Shown here in pieces: positions 1 through 9,580 of a DNA stretch of 64,000 nucleotides. Within the stretch, counting starts at the first letter, position 1. Each line of letters opens with the position of its first letter. Location of the stretch: contig CAWJDT010000004.1 of assembly GCA_963841735.1 (NCBI GenBank), positions 288,001 through 352,000 on the forward strand, read 5' to 3'. Origin of the DNA: an uncultured Actinomycetes bacterium (GTDB lineage: Bacteria > Actinomycetota > Thermoleophilia > RBG-16-64-13). The notes under the pieces are model-generated. The model did not search any database. It saw nothing but the letters and a program-made list of their open reading frames with translations, and had not been told where the DNA came from. The translations under genes were made by a program, and so were the position numbers.

Positions 1-1555
1 CGATTATCCGGTCGAGGATGTCGTACGGCGGCAATGTGTCCTGGTCGGTCTGATCCGGCGCCAGTTCGGCCGAAGGGGCGCGGGTGATAGTGGAGCCAGG
101 GATAGGACTCACGCCGAACGCGAGCGCGTTGCGGTACTCCGCCAACCTGTAGACCAGAGTCTTGGGCACGTCCTTGAGCACCGCGAATCCCCCAGCCATA
201 TCCCCGTAAAGCGTGGCGTAGCCCACGGCCATCTCGCTCTTGTTGCCGGTGGTCAGCACCAGCCACCCGAACTCGTTTGAGAGCGCCATCAGCAGATTGC
301 CCCTGATGCGCGCTTGGATGTTCTGCTCCGTAACCCCCGGCACTTCGTCCAGATGCACCCGCAGACTCTCCAGATACGCTCGATACACGGTCTCGATCGG
401 AATCTCCCGGTAATACACTCCCAGCCTACGAGCCGTCTCCTGCGCATCACTTCTGGTGCCTTCGGTCGAATAGCGCGAGGGCATGGAGACGGTGTTGACC
501 CTCTCCTTGCCCAGCGCGTCGGCAGCGATACATGCCGTGAGCGCCGAGTCGATGCCGCCGCTGATGCCCATGACCACCTGCTTGAAGCCGTTCTTGCGCG
601 CATAGTCCCGGACACCCAGACACAAGGCCGAGTAGACCTCCGCCTCCGACCCCAGCGGGTCGCACACCCGAACGGATAGCGGGCGCATTCCGCCGCCCGA
701 GTCGTCGCCAAACCCGGTCGTCGCCTCAGGCGCTAACGCCTCAGATCCCGCTGAGACCTCGATCACCTCCACCGGCCACGTGCGAGCGGGCGCGCTCCCC
801 GCCGTCTCCAACGCGCGCGGTCGCGGGCCGGCGTCTATCTCCACCACCAGCAGCTCCTCGTCGAACTGACACGCACGCCCCACCAGGGTGCCCTCGGGAT
901 CGAAGGCCACGCTCTGTCCATCGAATACCAGCTCGTCCTGTCCGCCCACCCCGTTCACATAGAGCACGTGGGCCCCGAAAGCCTTGGCCCGCTCGGCCAG
1001 CATGCTCTTCCGTTCACCACCCTTGCCCCTGTGATAGGGCGACATGGACAAGTTGACTATCAAGTCGGCCCCACCCACCACCGCTGCGGTCTCCCCAGGT
1101 CCATCGTCCTCCCAGATGTCTTCGCAGACGGTGAGGCCGAGGCGCAATCCGTCGACGCACAAGATCGTCGCCCGGTCTCCGGGAGTGAAATAGCGCTTCT
1201 CGTCGAACACCGCGTAATTGGGCAGCAATATCTTGCGATAGAGCCCGGCGACCGCCCCACCGGCCAGGATGGCCGCACAGTTGTATGTAGCGTCCTCTTC
1301 CGCCAGCGGGACCCCCACCAAGGCCACGATGTCGTTGCAGGCGACGGCGATCTCGTCCAGAGCCTCCCTGCACCGGGCCAAAAAATGATCCTTCAGCACC
1401 AGATCCTCAGGCGGATAGCCGGAGATGGCCAGTTCCGGAAATATCACCACCCGAGCCCCCAAACTCAGCGCGCGAGCGACCCAAGCGGTAATCAACTCGG
1501 TATTGCCCTTGATGTCCCCTACCGTGGGATTGATCTGCGCGAGCGCGATCCTCAC
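1..1555 (-). CDS. nadE: Glutamine-dependent NAD+ synthetase (nitrilase + synthetase domains), 3' end runs off the window
   Basis: Not in the ORF track because it has no stop in the window. Manual translation from GTG at 1555 (SD GAAGGAG): MRIALAQINPTVGDIKGN...FPELAISGYPPEDL...LPNYAVFDEKRYF...VCEDIW...SGGIDS...NIQARIRG...TGNKSE. Confidence 0.93.
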   Translation of the reverse strand, partial: MRIALAQINPTVGDIKGNTELITAWVARALSLGARVVIFPELAISGYPPEDLVLKDHFLARCREALDEIAVACNDIVALVGVPLAEEDATYNCAAILAGGAVAGLYRKILLPNYAVFDEKRYFTPGDRATILCVDGLRLGLTVCEDIWEDDGPGETAAVVGGADLIVNLSMSPYHRGKGGERKSMLAERAKAFGAHVLYVNGVGGQDELVFDGQSVAFDPEGTLVGRACQFDEELLVVEIDAGPRPRALETAGSAPARTWPVEVIEVSAGSEALAPEATTGFGDDSGGGMRPLSVRVCDPLGSEAEVYSALCLGVRDYARKNGFKQVVMGISGGIDSALTACIAADALGKERVNTVSMPSRYSTEGTRSDAQETARRLGVYYREIPIETVYRAYLESLRVHLDEVPGVTEQNIQARIRGNLLMALSNEFGWLVLTTGNKSEMAVGYATLYGDMAGGFAVLKDVPKTLVYRLAEYRNALAFGVSPIPGSTITRAPSAELAPDQTDQDTLPPYDILDRII

Positions 1556-1594
1556 AGGGGCTCCTTCAGTCGGCTACCCACAACCACCGCCATG

Positions 1595-2995
1595 TCACTC
1601 TGCCCTCTCCAGAACGTCGAGCACCTCTCTGGTCTTCTGCTCCATGAGAGTCTTGTCACTACGCGTCTCGACGTTCAGCCGGACGACCGGCTCGGTGTTG
1701 GACGATCTCACGTTGAACCGCCACTCGGCCAGCTCGACACTCACTCCATCGGTCTCGTCGATACTGAGCGCTTCTCCGGCGTATCGGGCGCGCGCGGCGG
1801 CGATAGCCCGAGCCGGTTCGGGCAACGTAAGATTGATCTCCCCACTCACCGGGAAACGGGCGATCCGCTCCTCCACCATGGCCGACAGCGGCCGTCCCTC
1901 TTCGCTCATGGCCTCAGCCACCTGCAGCCACGGGATCATGCCACTGTCGCAGTATGAGAACTCCTTGAAGTAGTGGTGGGCCGACATCTCTCCCCCATAG
2001 ATGCCGTCGACCTGGCGCATCCTTTCCTTGATGAAGGCATGCCCACTCTTGGAGAGCACGGGCGTGCCGCCGTGCTCCTGGACAATCTCCTCTGTGTTCC
2101 ACACCAGCCGGGGATCGTGCACAATCAGACCCCCTGCGTGTCGCCGTAGAGCCCGCGCGGCAAGCAGCCCGACAACGTAGTAGCCCTCGACGAATGCCCC
2201 GCGTTCGTCAAAGAAGAAGCATCGGTCGAAATCGCCGTCCCAGGCGATGCCCAAGTCAGCCTTCTCGGCCACCACGGCCTGGGCAGTCATGGCCCGGTTC
2301 TCGAGCAGCATGGGGTTAGGCACCCCATTAGGGAAGTTGCCGTCCGGCTCGTGATTGAGCTTGACGAACTCAAACGGAAGGCTGGCCTCGAGCATGTCGA
2401 TCACCGGTCCTGCCCCGCCATTGCCGGCGTTGACCACGATCTTAAGAGGGCGCAGCTTCGGAAGGTCGACGTAAGTCAACAGGTGTCCCACATAGCTCGG
2501 GCGGCAGTTGAACTGCGTGAGTGTACCTGGAGTGGCGGAACCGGTGCTGGGGGGCGGAGCCCAGTGTACATAGCCTTCCACCCTCAGAGCCTCCATTACG
2601 GCTGCTTCCATATCCAGGAGACCGGTATCCGCACTGACGGGCCGGGCCTTGTCGCGAGTGAACTTCATGCCGTTGTAGTCCCTGGGGTTATGACTGGCGG
2701 TGATCATGACGCCTCCATCAAGGCCCAGCGAAAACACGGCGTAGTAGACCTCCTCTGTGCCCACCAAGCCGATGTCTAACACGTCGACCCCCGACTCCGT
2801 GAGGCCCCGGCACAAAGCCTCCGCCAACTCGGGACTCGTGTGACGGATGTCGTGCCCCACAGCCACCCGGCTGGGCCGGATGAGCTGAGCGTAGGCCCTG
2901 CCAATATGTACGGCCAGTTCCTTGTTCAATTGACCGGGCACGCGACCCCGAACGTCATAAGCCTTGAAGCAGTCGAGATATAAGCCGCTTGCCAT
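1595..2995 (-). CDS. manB: Phosphomannomutase/phosphoglucomutase (ManB/CpsG type)
   Basis: FKAYDVRG, TASHNP catalytic Ser, DGDFDR metal loop, GEMSAH; ATG at 2995 preceded by GGAGG. Confidence 0.9.
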   Translation of the reverse strand: MASGLYLDCFKAYDVRGRVPGQLNKELAVHIGRAYAQLIRPSRVAVGHDIRHTSPELAEALCRGLTESGVDVLDIGLVGTEEVYYAVFSLGLDGGVMITASHNPRDYNGMKFTRDKARPVSADTGLLDMEAAVMEALRVEGYVHWAPPPSTGSATPGTLTQFNCRPSYVGHLLTYVDLPKLRPLKIVVNAGNGGAGPVIDMLEASLPFEFVKLNHEPDGNFPNGVPNPMLLENRAMTAQAVVAEKADLGIAWDGDFDRCFFFDERGAFVEGYYVVGLLAARALRRHAGGLIVHDPRLVWNTEEIVQEHGGTPVLSKSGHAFIKERMRQVDGIYGGEMSAHHYFKEFSYCDSGMIPWLQVAEAMSEEGRPLSAMVEERIARFPVSGEINLTLPEPARAIAAARARYAGEALSIDETDGVSVELAEWRFNVRSSNTEPVVRLNVETRSDKTLMEQKTREVLDVLERAE

Positions 2996-3030
2996 CGTCA
3001 GAAACCTCCAGGCCCGGTACACGAGAACGT

Positions 3031-3059
3031 TTGCATGAGGTAGGTGTATTGCTTATACT
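3031..3059 (+). promoter_or_regulatory. Sigma70-type promoter of tRNA-Asn
   Basis: TTGCAT-17 bp-TATACT, 15 nt upstream of the tRNA. Confidence 0.7.
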
Positions 3060-3074
3060 ACGCGAGGTCCACGG

Positions 3075-3149
3075 TCCTCGGTAGCTCAATGGTAGAGCAC
3101 CTGACTGTTAATCAGGGGGTTGCAGGTTCGAGTCCTGCCCGGGGAGCCA
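3075..3149 (+). tRNA. tRNA-Asn(GTT)
   Basis: Cloverleaf TCCTCGG...CCGGGGA-G-CCA; anticodon loop CTGTTAA; T-loop GGTTCGAGTCC. Confidence 0.97.
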
Positions 3150-3175
3150 TTCTTCTTGGAAAAGCGTGGCTCAGG

Positions 3176-3442
3176 CTAAGCGGCCACACCGAAGGACCGG
3201 CGACCGAAAACGTGGTCGGCTCCGTCTTCGGCGGAGATCTCGCAGCCACATTCTGAACACAAGAGAACATACGCTTCGGCAGCGCCAGGCATTGCGATGG
3301 TCGGAACCGGGTGCGACGATTGCCCGGAGTGTCGTATGGCGAGACGCGCTCCGCAGCACGGGCACGGATCACCAGCTCTGATCTGCGAGAGACATCTTCC
3401 TAACGTCTGAACCTGTGGGTGGGCTGTCTGCCCGTTCATCAC
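3176..3442 (-). CDS. Small Zn-ribbon-like hypothetical protein (88 aa)
   Basis: CPCCG...CSECG Cys pairs; start overlaps the lexA stop codon (GTGA). Confidence 0.6.
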   Translation of the reverse strand: MMNGQTAHPQVQTLGRCLSQIRAGDPCPCCGARLAIRHSGQSSHPVPTIAMPGAAEAYVLLCSECGCEISAEDGADHVFGRRSFGVAA

Positions 3443-4056
3443 AGCCTCCTTAGCACCCCGGTGACCTTGCCGACAATGCGTGGATCTCTTGTGTAAATGG
3501 GATCCATATCGTCGTTCTCCGGCTGCAGTCTCACCTGATCCGCCTCCCGGAAGAAACGCTTGACGGTGGCGTCGTCTTCGATCATGGCCACCACAATGTC
3601 GCCATCGTTGGCGCTCTCCTGCTGCCTCACCACTACGATGTCGCCGTCGAGGATGCCGGCTTTCATCATCGAACTACCCGCGACTCGGAGCGCGAAACAA
3701 CTACCCCCGCCCCCAAGGAAACTCGGAACGTCTATGTAATCCTCGATGTTCTCTTCGGCCAGAAGAGGCGCTCCGGCGGCGACCCGGCCCATAACACCCA
3801 CCCGGGTCGATCCCGCGCTCTCAGGCGCGTACTCAGCCGGGCCACACGGCCTTACCACCTCCAAAGCCCGCCGCTTAGAGCTACCCCTGCGCACGTAGCC
3901 CATGGCCTCCAGAGCACTGAGGTGCCCCTGCACCGAGGCCGGAGACGAAAGGCCCACGGCCTTCCCAATCTCCCGCACTGTGGGCGGATAGCCCTGCTTT
4001 ATGACCGCCTCTTCGATTACCCGAAGAATACGCTGCTGTCTATCCTGCAGCTCCAT
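3439..4056 (-). CDS. lexA: SOS repressor LexA
   Basis: wHTH GYPPTVREIG, Ala-Gly cleavage site VAAGAP, catalytic Ser (GSSM) and Lys (TVKR); ATG at 4056 with GAGGAG SD. Confidence 0.97.
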   Translation of the reverse strand: MELQDRQQRILRVIEEAVIKQGYPPTVREIGKAVGLSSPASVQGHLSALEAMGYVRRGSSKRRALEVVRPCGPAEYAPESAGSTRVGVMGRVAAGAPLLAEENIEDYIDVPSFLGGGGSCFALRVAGSSMMKAGILDGDIVVVRQQESANDGDIVVAMIEDDATVKRFFREADQVRLQPENDDMDPIYTRDPRIVGKVTGVLRRL

Positions 4057-4071
4057 TGCATTCTCCTCGGT

Positions 4072-4121
4072 GAACATTCGTTCGTTGTTGGGATTATAGA
4101 ACAATTGTTCGCCCCCAACAA
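4072..4121 (-). promoter_or_regulatory. lexA promoter with two SOS (Cheo) boxes
   Basis: GAAC-attc-GTTC at 4072-4083 and GAAC-aatt-GTTC at 4099-4110 flank a minus-strand TATAAT (4093-4098); -35 TTGTTG at 17 bp spacing. Confidence 0.9.
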
Positions 4122-4148
4122 GCCGGGCGATACCGGCCTCGCGCCCGG

Positions 4149-4177
4149 TTGACTCACCCAACCAACCGCCCTATACT
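4149..4177 (+). promoter_or_regulatory. Sigma70-type promoter of tRNA-Leu (possibly also the Lon gene)
   Basis: TTGACT-17 bp-TATACT. Confidence 0.75.
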
Positions 4178-4198
4178 CACCGCTGCTCGCCCTTGTAT

Positions 4199-4283
<85 letters not shown>

Positions 4284-4335
4284 CCTTCCTTGAGGCACCC
4301 TGATTGGTCACCGTGTCAACGGATCGGAGGCCCTT

Positions 4336-6804
4336 ATGCCAAAACTCCCCGCCGAGCTCAAACCCGCCGAGATCTATCGTGCTTGTGACCCCGCGGCCTT
4401 CGGCTTCGTAACCACCGCCGAACTCGCCGACCTTGTAGAGACCATCGGTCAGGACCGTGCTGTCTCATCAGTGTCCTTTGGCATGGGCGTCCACAACGGC
4501 GGCTACAACATCTACGCCGCCGGACCCGCCGGCACGGGCAAATGCACCACCATCAACGAGTTCCTCTCCGGTGAAGCGGCGTCTCGCCCGGCTCCCGACG
4601 ACTGGGTCTACGTCAACAACTTCGTAACCCCCCACCGGCCCAACGCCATCCGCATGCCTGCCGGCAAGGCCAACGAGTTCCGCAAGGACATGGATAAACT
4701 CATCCAGGACCTACGGGCCGCCATCACCCAGGCCTTTGAAGGCGACGACTACGACAAGCAAAAGCGCGCCATCGCTCAGCAGGTATCCGAGAAACAGGAG
4801 GCCAAGCTAAGCGGGTTGAGCGACAAGGCCGAGGCCCAAAGAGTGACCATGGTGCGCACTCCGTCCGGATTGGCGTTCGCTCCCAAGACCCCTGAGGGTG
4901 AGACCATGTCTCGCGACGCCTACGACGCCCTCCCCAAGAAGGAACAGCAGCGTATCGACAACGCCCTCGAGGGGCTCAACGACAAACTGCAGCAAGTCAT
5001 GCGCTTGGTGAGGCAGGACGAGCGCGCAGGGCGTGAGGCGATGAGAGAGCTGGACCGAGACGTCACCACGTTCGCGGCCAAGCACCTAGTGGACGAAACC
5101 TGCGACCGCTGGTGCTCGAGCCCTGAGATGGTCGACCACCTTCACGCTGTGCTGTGCGACGTTGTCGAAAACGCCGACGACTTCAAGAAGTCCGACGAAG
5201 AGCAGCCGATGATGATCATGGGCATCCCCATCTCGGGGCGGCAGCGCAGTGAGGGAGCCTTCCGCAAGTACAAGATCAACGTATTGGTGGACAACTCAGC
5301 TGAGACCGGTGCTCCTGTGGTTACCGAGAGCAACCCCGTGCTCCAGAACCTCGTGGGACGCGTGGAACACCAGTCCCAGTTCGGCGCTCTGGTCACCGAC
5401 TTCAGCATGATCAAGCCAGGCGCCCTGCACAAGGCCAACGGAGGCTTCTTGGTGCTGGAGGCACGCGACGTTCTCACCAAGCCCTACTCATGGGATGCCC
5501 TCAAGAGAACCCTAAAGACCGGGGAGATCCGAGTGGAGGATGTGGCCCAGCAGATGGGCTTTGCCACCACCGCGACGCTTGACCCGGAGCCTATCCCCTT
5601 CAAGGCCAAGATCGTTCTCATCGGTGAGCCCTTCATCTATTACCTGCTGTTCTCCCAAGACCCGGACTTCCAAGAACTGTTCAAGGTCAAGGCCGATTTC
5701 GGTTCGGTGGCCGATCGCACTCCTCACAATGAGCAGCTCTACGCAGGCTTCGTCAGCCGCTTTTGCCGCCAGCACGAGCTGCCCCCCTTCTCGTCTGATG
5801 GGGTTGCGCGCGTGATCGAGCAATGCTCCCGCCTAGTGGAAGACCAGGACAGGCTGACCACGCGGTTCATGGAAGTGGGCGACCTTCTAACCGAGTCGTC
5901 CTATTGGGCACGCTATGGGCGCTCACCACGCAGCAGGGTCGTCGTCAAGCGCGAACACGTCCAGAGGGCTATCGACCACCGAATCTATCGCTCTAGCCAG
6001 CTCGAGGAGCGCGTAAGGGAGATGATCACCCAGGGCACCGTGATGGTGGACACTCGGGGCGCCGTTGTGGGGCAGGTAAACGGTCTTTCCGTCTCATCGC
6101 TCGGCGACTATTCCTTCGGCCGCCCCAGCCGCATCACCGCTACACACCGGCTGGGTGACGGCGAGTTGGTCGATATCGAACGCGAAGTCGAGATGGGTGG
6201 ACCCATCCACTCCAAAGGCGTGATGATCCTGGCCGGATATCTGGGAGCCAAGTACGCTGCCGACCGCCCCCTGTCGCTCAGCGCCCGTCTGGTCTTCGAG
6301 CAGTCGTACTCAGGGGTCGAAGGTGACAGCGCTTCCTCGGCCGAGCTGTATGCACTACTGTCGTCGCTCTCGGGCGTTCCTATCAAGCAGAGCTTCGCCG
6401 TCACAGGCTCGGTCAATCAACGCGGGCAGATCCAGGCGATCGGCGGCGTCAACGAAAAGATCGAAGGCTTCTTCGACTTGTGCCATGCCGTGGGGCTCAA
6501 GGGTGACGAGGCGGTCCTCATCCCCAAGGCCAATGTTCGCCACCTCATGCTCGCCGGCCGCGTGCGCCACGCAGTGGCGAAGGGGCGCTTCCACATCTAC
6601 CCCGTCTCCAACGTGGACCAAGGCATCTCGCTCCTCACAGGGGTCCCTGCGGGCTCCCTGAAGACCAACGGGACATATCCTGAAGGGTCGGTCAACCAGC
6701 AGCTGGTACAACGCCTTGGGGCCCTCACCGAGAGAGCGCGCGAAGCGGTCCATAAGAAACACGCCCAGAGTGCCCCCAAACCGCAAAAGGCACCCAGCTC
6801 TTAA
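4336..6804 (+). CDS. Lon-like protease, LonC/AAA_32 (YcbZ-like) type
   Basis: IGQDRA, Walker A GPAGTGK, coiled-coil insert, LHKANGG, S16 protease Ser-Lys dyad (EGDSAS...GGVNEKIEGF). Confidence 0.88.
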   Translation: MPKLPAELKPAEIYRACDPAAFGFVTTAELADLVETIGQDRAVSSVSFGMGVHNGGYNIYAAGPAGTGKCTTINEFLSGEAASRPAPDDWVYVNNFVTPHRPNAIRMPAGKANEFRKDMDKLIQDLRAAITQAFEGDDYDKQKRAIAQQVSEKQEAKLSGLSDKAEAQRVTMVRTPSGLAFAPKTPEGETMSRDAYDALPKKEQQRIDNALEGLNDKLQQVMRLVRQDERAGREAMRELDRDVTTFAAKHLVDETCDRWCSSPEMVDHLHAVLCDVVENADDFKKSDEEQPMMIMGIPISGRQRSEGAFRKYKINVLVDNSAETGAPVVTESNPVLQNLVGRVEHQSQFGALVTDFSMIKPGALHKANGGFLVLEARDVLTKPYSWDALKRTLKTGEIRVEDVAQQMGFATTATLDPEPIPFKAKIVLIGEPFIYYLLFSQDPDFQELFKVKADFGSVADRTPHNEQLYAGFVSRFCRQHELPPFSSDGVARVIEQCSRLVEDQDRLTTRFMEVGDLLTESSYWARYGRSPRSRVVVKREHVQRAIDHRIYRSSQLEERVREMITQGTVMVDTRGAVVGQVNGLSVSSLGDYSFGRPSRITATHRLGDGELVDIEREVEMGGPIHSKGVMILAGYLGAKYAADRPLSLSARLVFEQSYSGVEGDSASSAELYALLSSLSGVPIKQSFAVTGSVNQRGQIQAIGGVNEKIEGFFDLCHAVGLKGDEAVLIPKANVRHLMLAGRVRHAVAKGRFHIYPVSNVDQGISLLTGVPAGSLKTNGTYPEGSVNQQLVQRLGALTERAREAVHKKHAQSAPKPQKAPSS

Positions 6805-6883
6805 CAATCGCCCCTGCGCCCGCCCCCACGGCCGGCACGAACTGCCCCCCGGCAGTCGCGCCGCCGGGGGGCGGGGAATGCGG

Positions 6884-9580
6884 TCAGGCCAGACGCTCCA
6901 CCTTGACGGCAGATGCGGCCCCAGCCTTTGCTGTTTGAAGCCGGCTGACGGGTGCGGTGGCACTGAAACCGGGCAAGAACACCAAGCCCTCAGGGACCCG
7001 CGCCGTCACACGCGCGATCACTTCCACTGCTCCGCCCGCCTGCCCTGTGACCCGCACTCTGTCGCCCTCCACCACGTTCGCTTTGGCGGCGTCTTGCGGG
7101 TTGATTTCGAGACAAGCCTCCGCCATCAGTTTGGTGATGCCCGCTGAGCGCCGTGAGCGCACGCCGGTCGCGTGATGACCGCGCGCTGAGCCCGTCAGCA
7201 AGAGCAGCGGGAAGACGGCGTCCCTCGAGGGCACCGAGACAGCCGTATCGACCGGAGTGAATACTGCCTTGCCGTTGCCGAACTGCTCGGCGAAGAGAAC
7301 CGGGGTGCTCCCCCCTTCTACGCCCAGACAAGGCCAGGCGAGACCTTCATCCTCAAGCTTCTCGTAGCTAACGCCTTTGTACTGCGGAGCCACGTCGGCG
7401 ATCTCACGCATAACATCCACAGGCGCCCCGTAGGCCCAGTCGGCCCCAAGGGAGTTCGCCACCGCCTGAATGATCTTCCAGTCGGGAAGACTCTCCGCCA
7501 GCGCCGGCACGGCCGCCCGGACCCTCTGCACGACGCGTTCGCCGTTGGTAAAGGTACCTTCGTCCTCGGCAGCAACCGCCGCGGGAAGAACCACGTCGGC
7601 GTAGACGGCTGTATCTGTAAGGAAGCTATCCTGGACTACGAGGAAATCCACCGTGTCGAGCGCCGCACGAACCACCTTCTCATCGGAGATCGCTAAGGCG
7701 GGGTCCGCCCCCACCACATACAGGATGCTCAGCCCACCGCCCTGCATCGCTGGGATCATCTCCGTCAACGAAACACCCGCGGCCAGACCTCCCAGCGAGA
7801 CGCCCCAGGCTGCTTCCAACCGAGCAACATCCGCGAGTGCGTCCGCCGCCACCCCGCCAGGGAGGCAAGCGGGACGGACACCCATGTCGGCCAGACCCTG
7901 AGAGTTGGCGCCACTGCGCAGAGGCACCACGCCGGCGCCGGGACGACCAACGTTGCCGGTAAGCAGAGCCAAGTCGGCCAGTGCAGCCACTGTGGCTGTT
8001 CCGGCCGGCCCCTGCACCGCGCCGGTGCCGTAGATGATGGTGGCCGCGGCGGCCTGGCCGAAGGCCACGGCCGCCTGGCGCAGCAGATCGGCATCCACCC
8101 CACACGCCGCCGCTTCCGCGGCGATATCCACCCCTACCAGGCTTTTCTCCAGAGCAGCGAAGTCCTCGGTACGTGCCCCGATGAGGTCCTTGTCCGTCAG
8201 GCCCGCGTCGACCAGATAGCGCATCATGGCCCGCAAGGCTGCGAGATCGCCTCCCGGTTTGACGGCTAGGTGAAACGCTGCTTTGCCGGCGAGTTCTGTG
8301 GCCCGCGGATCGATGACAATCACGGTCTTGCCCCCGCGCAGGGCCTTGATGACCTCAAGCGCCAGGACAGGATGCGATTCGGTGAGATTCGCTCCCACCA
8401 CCAGGATAACGTCGGCCTGAGCCAGGTCGGCGCGGCTGTTGGTCGCAGCCGCCACACCGAAGGCAGCACCCAATGCCGTCTCGGAGGCGATCTGCTCCTC
8501 GTGATCGATAGCGTCTACGTTGTTAGAGCCCACTACCGCGCGCATGAGCTTCTGCAGCAGGTAGGCCGCCTCGTTGGTGGCATGAGTGCCGCAGATGGCC
8601 CCCACAGCCTGGCCACCCTTGGCTTTCTTCACTGTGTTGATCTTATCCTTCACAAGTGCGAGCGCCGCTTCCCAAGTGCTCTCTTCGAGTTCGCCCTTGC
8701 CGTTTCGCACCAGCGGTTTGGTGAGCCGGTCAGGAGAGTCCGCGTAACCCATGCCAAACCGGCCCTTGATGCAGAGATTGCCCTGGTTGAGCCCCTTGCC
8801 CACCTCCGAGGCCACCTTGGTCACCCGGTCATGATAGCTGTGCAGCACCAGACGACAGCCGTCGGCGCAGTAGGAGCAGGTGCTGGTGGTCTTCTCGGTC
8901 TGCCACTCACGAGCACCCTGCGGTGCACGCTGCCCGACGATAGCGCCCACTGGGCACGTACTCACGCACTGCCCGCACGACACACAGTCGACCTCGGTGA
9001 GGGGCAACCGGTAGGGAGTATCCACCTCACTGTCGTAGCCCCGGTTGAGGTAGCCCCAGCAACCGATGGACATGACCTCGCGGCAGATGCGCACGCACCT
9101 GCCGCACAGGATGCAGCGCGCCCCAAAATGAGCCACATTGGGGTGCTCGCCCGGGCTCCCACTGACGGGAGCACGCCAGCCCCAAGGCACCATGTCCACC
9201 AGATATTCGTATGCATAATCCTGCAGACGGCAATCGCCCGCCGCCTCACACACCGGGCAATCCAGAGGGTGATTGGTGAGGAGAAGCTCCATGACGAACT
9301 TGCGGATCTTGACGATCTTCTCGGTGTGCGTCTGTACCTTCATGCCGTCTTTGATGGCGGTGCCGCATGACGCCATCGGCCCCCGCGCCCCTTCCACCTC
9401 CACTAGGCACATGCGGCACGCGCCGTAAGGCTCTAGCCGAGGGTCATTGCACAGCGTCGGGATCTCCATGCCGGCGGCGCATGCCACCTCAAGGATGGTC
9501 TGCCCCGTCTGCCCCTGGACCTCCCGCCCATTGATGGTCAGAGTAACCGTTTGAGCCACGGTGGTTTCGGCGGCGGACAT
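6884..9580 (-). CDS. FdhA/NuoG-like large subunit (2Fe-2S + four 4Fe-4S motifs + molybdopterin-oxidoreductase fold with degenerate active site)
   Basis: GACRMC, HPLDCPVC..DC, CILCGRCVRIC, CVSCGQCVSTCP, CSYCADGC..LCIKG, EDEGTFTNGER; metal-ligand loop reads NNVDAIDHEEQ with no Cys/Sec-His. Confidence 0.85.
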   Translation of the reverse strand: MSAAETTVAQTVTLTINGREVQGQTGQTILEVACAAGMEIPTLCNDPRLEPYGACRMCLVEVEGARGPMASCGTAIKDGMKVQTHTEKIVKIRKFVMELLLTNHPLDCPVCEAAGDCRLQDYAYEYLVDMVPWGWRAPVSGSPGEHPNVAHFGARCILCGRCVRICREVMSIGCWGYLNRGYDSEVDTPYRLPLTEVDCVSCGQCVSTCPVGAIVGQRAPQGAREWQTEKTTSTCSYCADGCRLVLHSYHDRVTKVASEVGKGLNQGNLCIKGRFGMGYADSPDRLTKPLVRNGKGELEESTWEAALALVKDKINTVKKAKGGQAVGAICGTHATNEAAYLLQKLMRAVVGSNNVDAIDHEEQIASETALGAAFGVAAATNSRADLAQADVILVVGANLTESHPVLALEVIKALRGGKTVIVIDPRATELAGKAAFHLAVKPGGDLAALRAMMRYLVDAGLTDKDLIGARTEDFAALEKSLVGVDIAAEAAACGVDADLLRQAAVAFGQAAAATIIYGTGAVQGPAGTATVAALADLALLTGNVGRPGAGVVPLRSGANSQGLADMGVRPACLPGGVAADALADVARLEAAWGVSLGGLAAGVSLTEMIPAMQGGGLSILYVVGADPALAISDEKVVRAALDTVDFLVVQDSFLTDTAVYADVVLPAAVAAEDEGTFTNGERVVQRVRAAVPALAESLPDWKIIQAVANSLGADWAYGAPVDVMREIADVAPQYKGVSYEKLEDEGLAWPCLGVEGGSTPVLFAEQFGNGKAVFTPVDTAVSVPSRDAVFPLLLLTGSARGHHATGVRSRRSAGITKLMAEACLEINPQDAAKANVVEGDRVRVTGQAGGAVEVIARVTARVPEGLVFLPGFSATAPVSRLQTAKAGAASAVKVERLA

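Noticed and set aside
8480-8530. Selenocysteine-containing formate dehydrogenase
   Set aside because: The ORF is continuous with no in-frame TGA; the ligand position is Glu and the adjacent His is missing.
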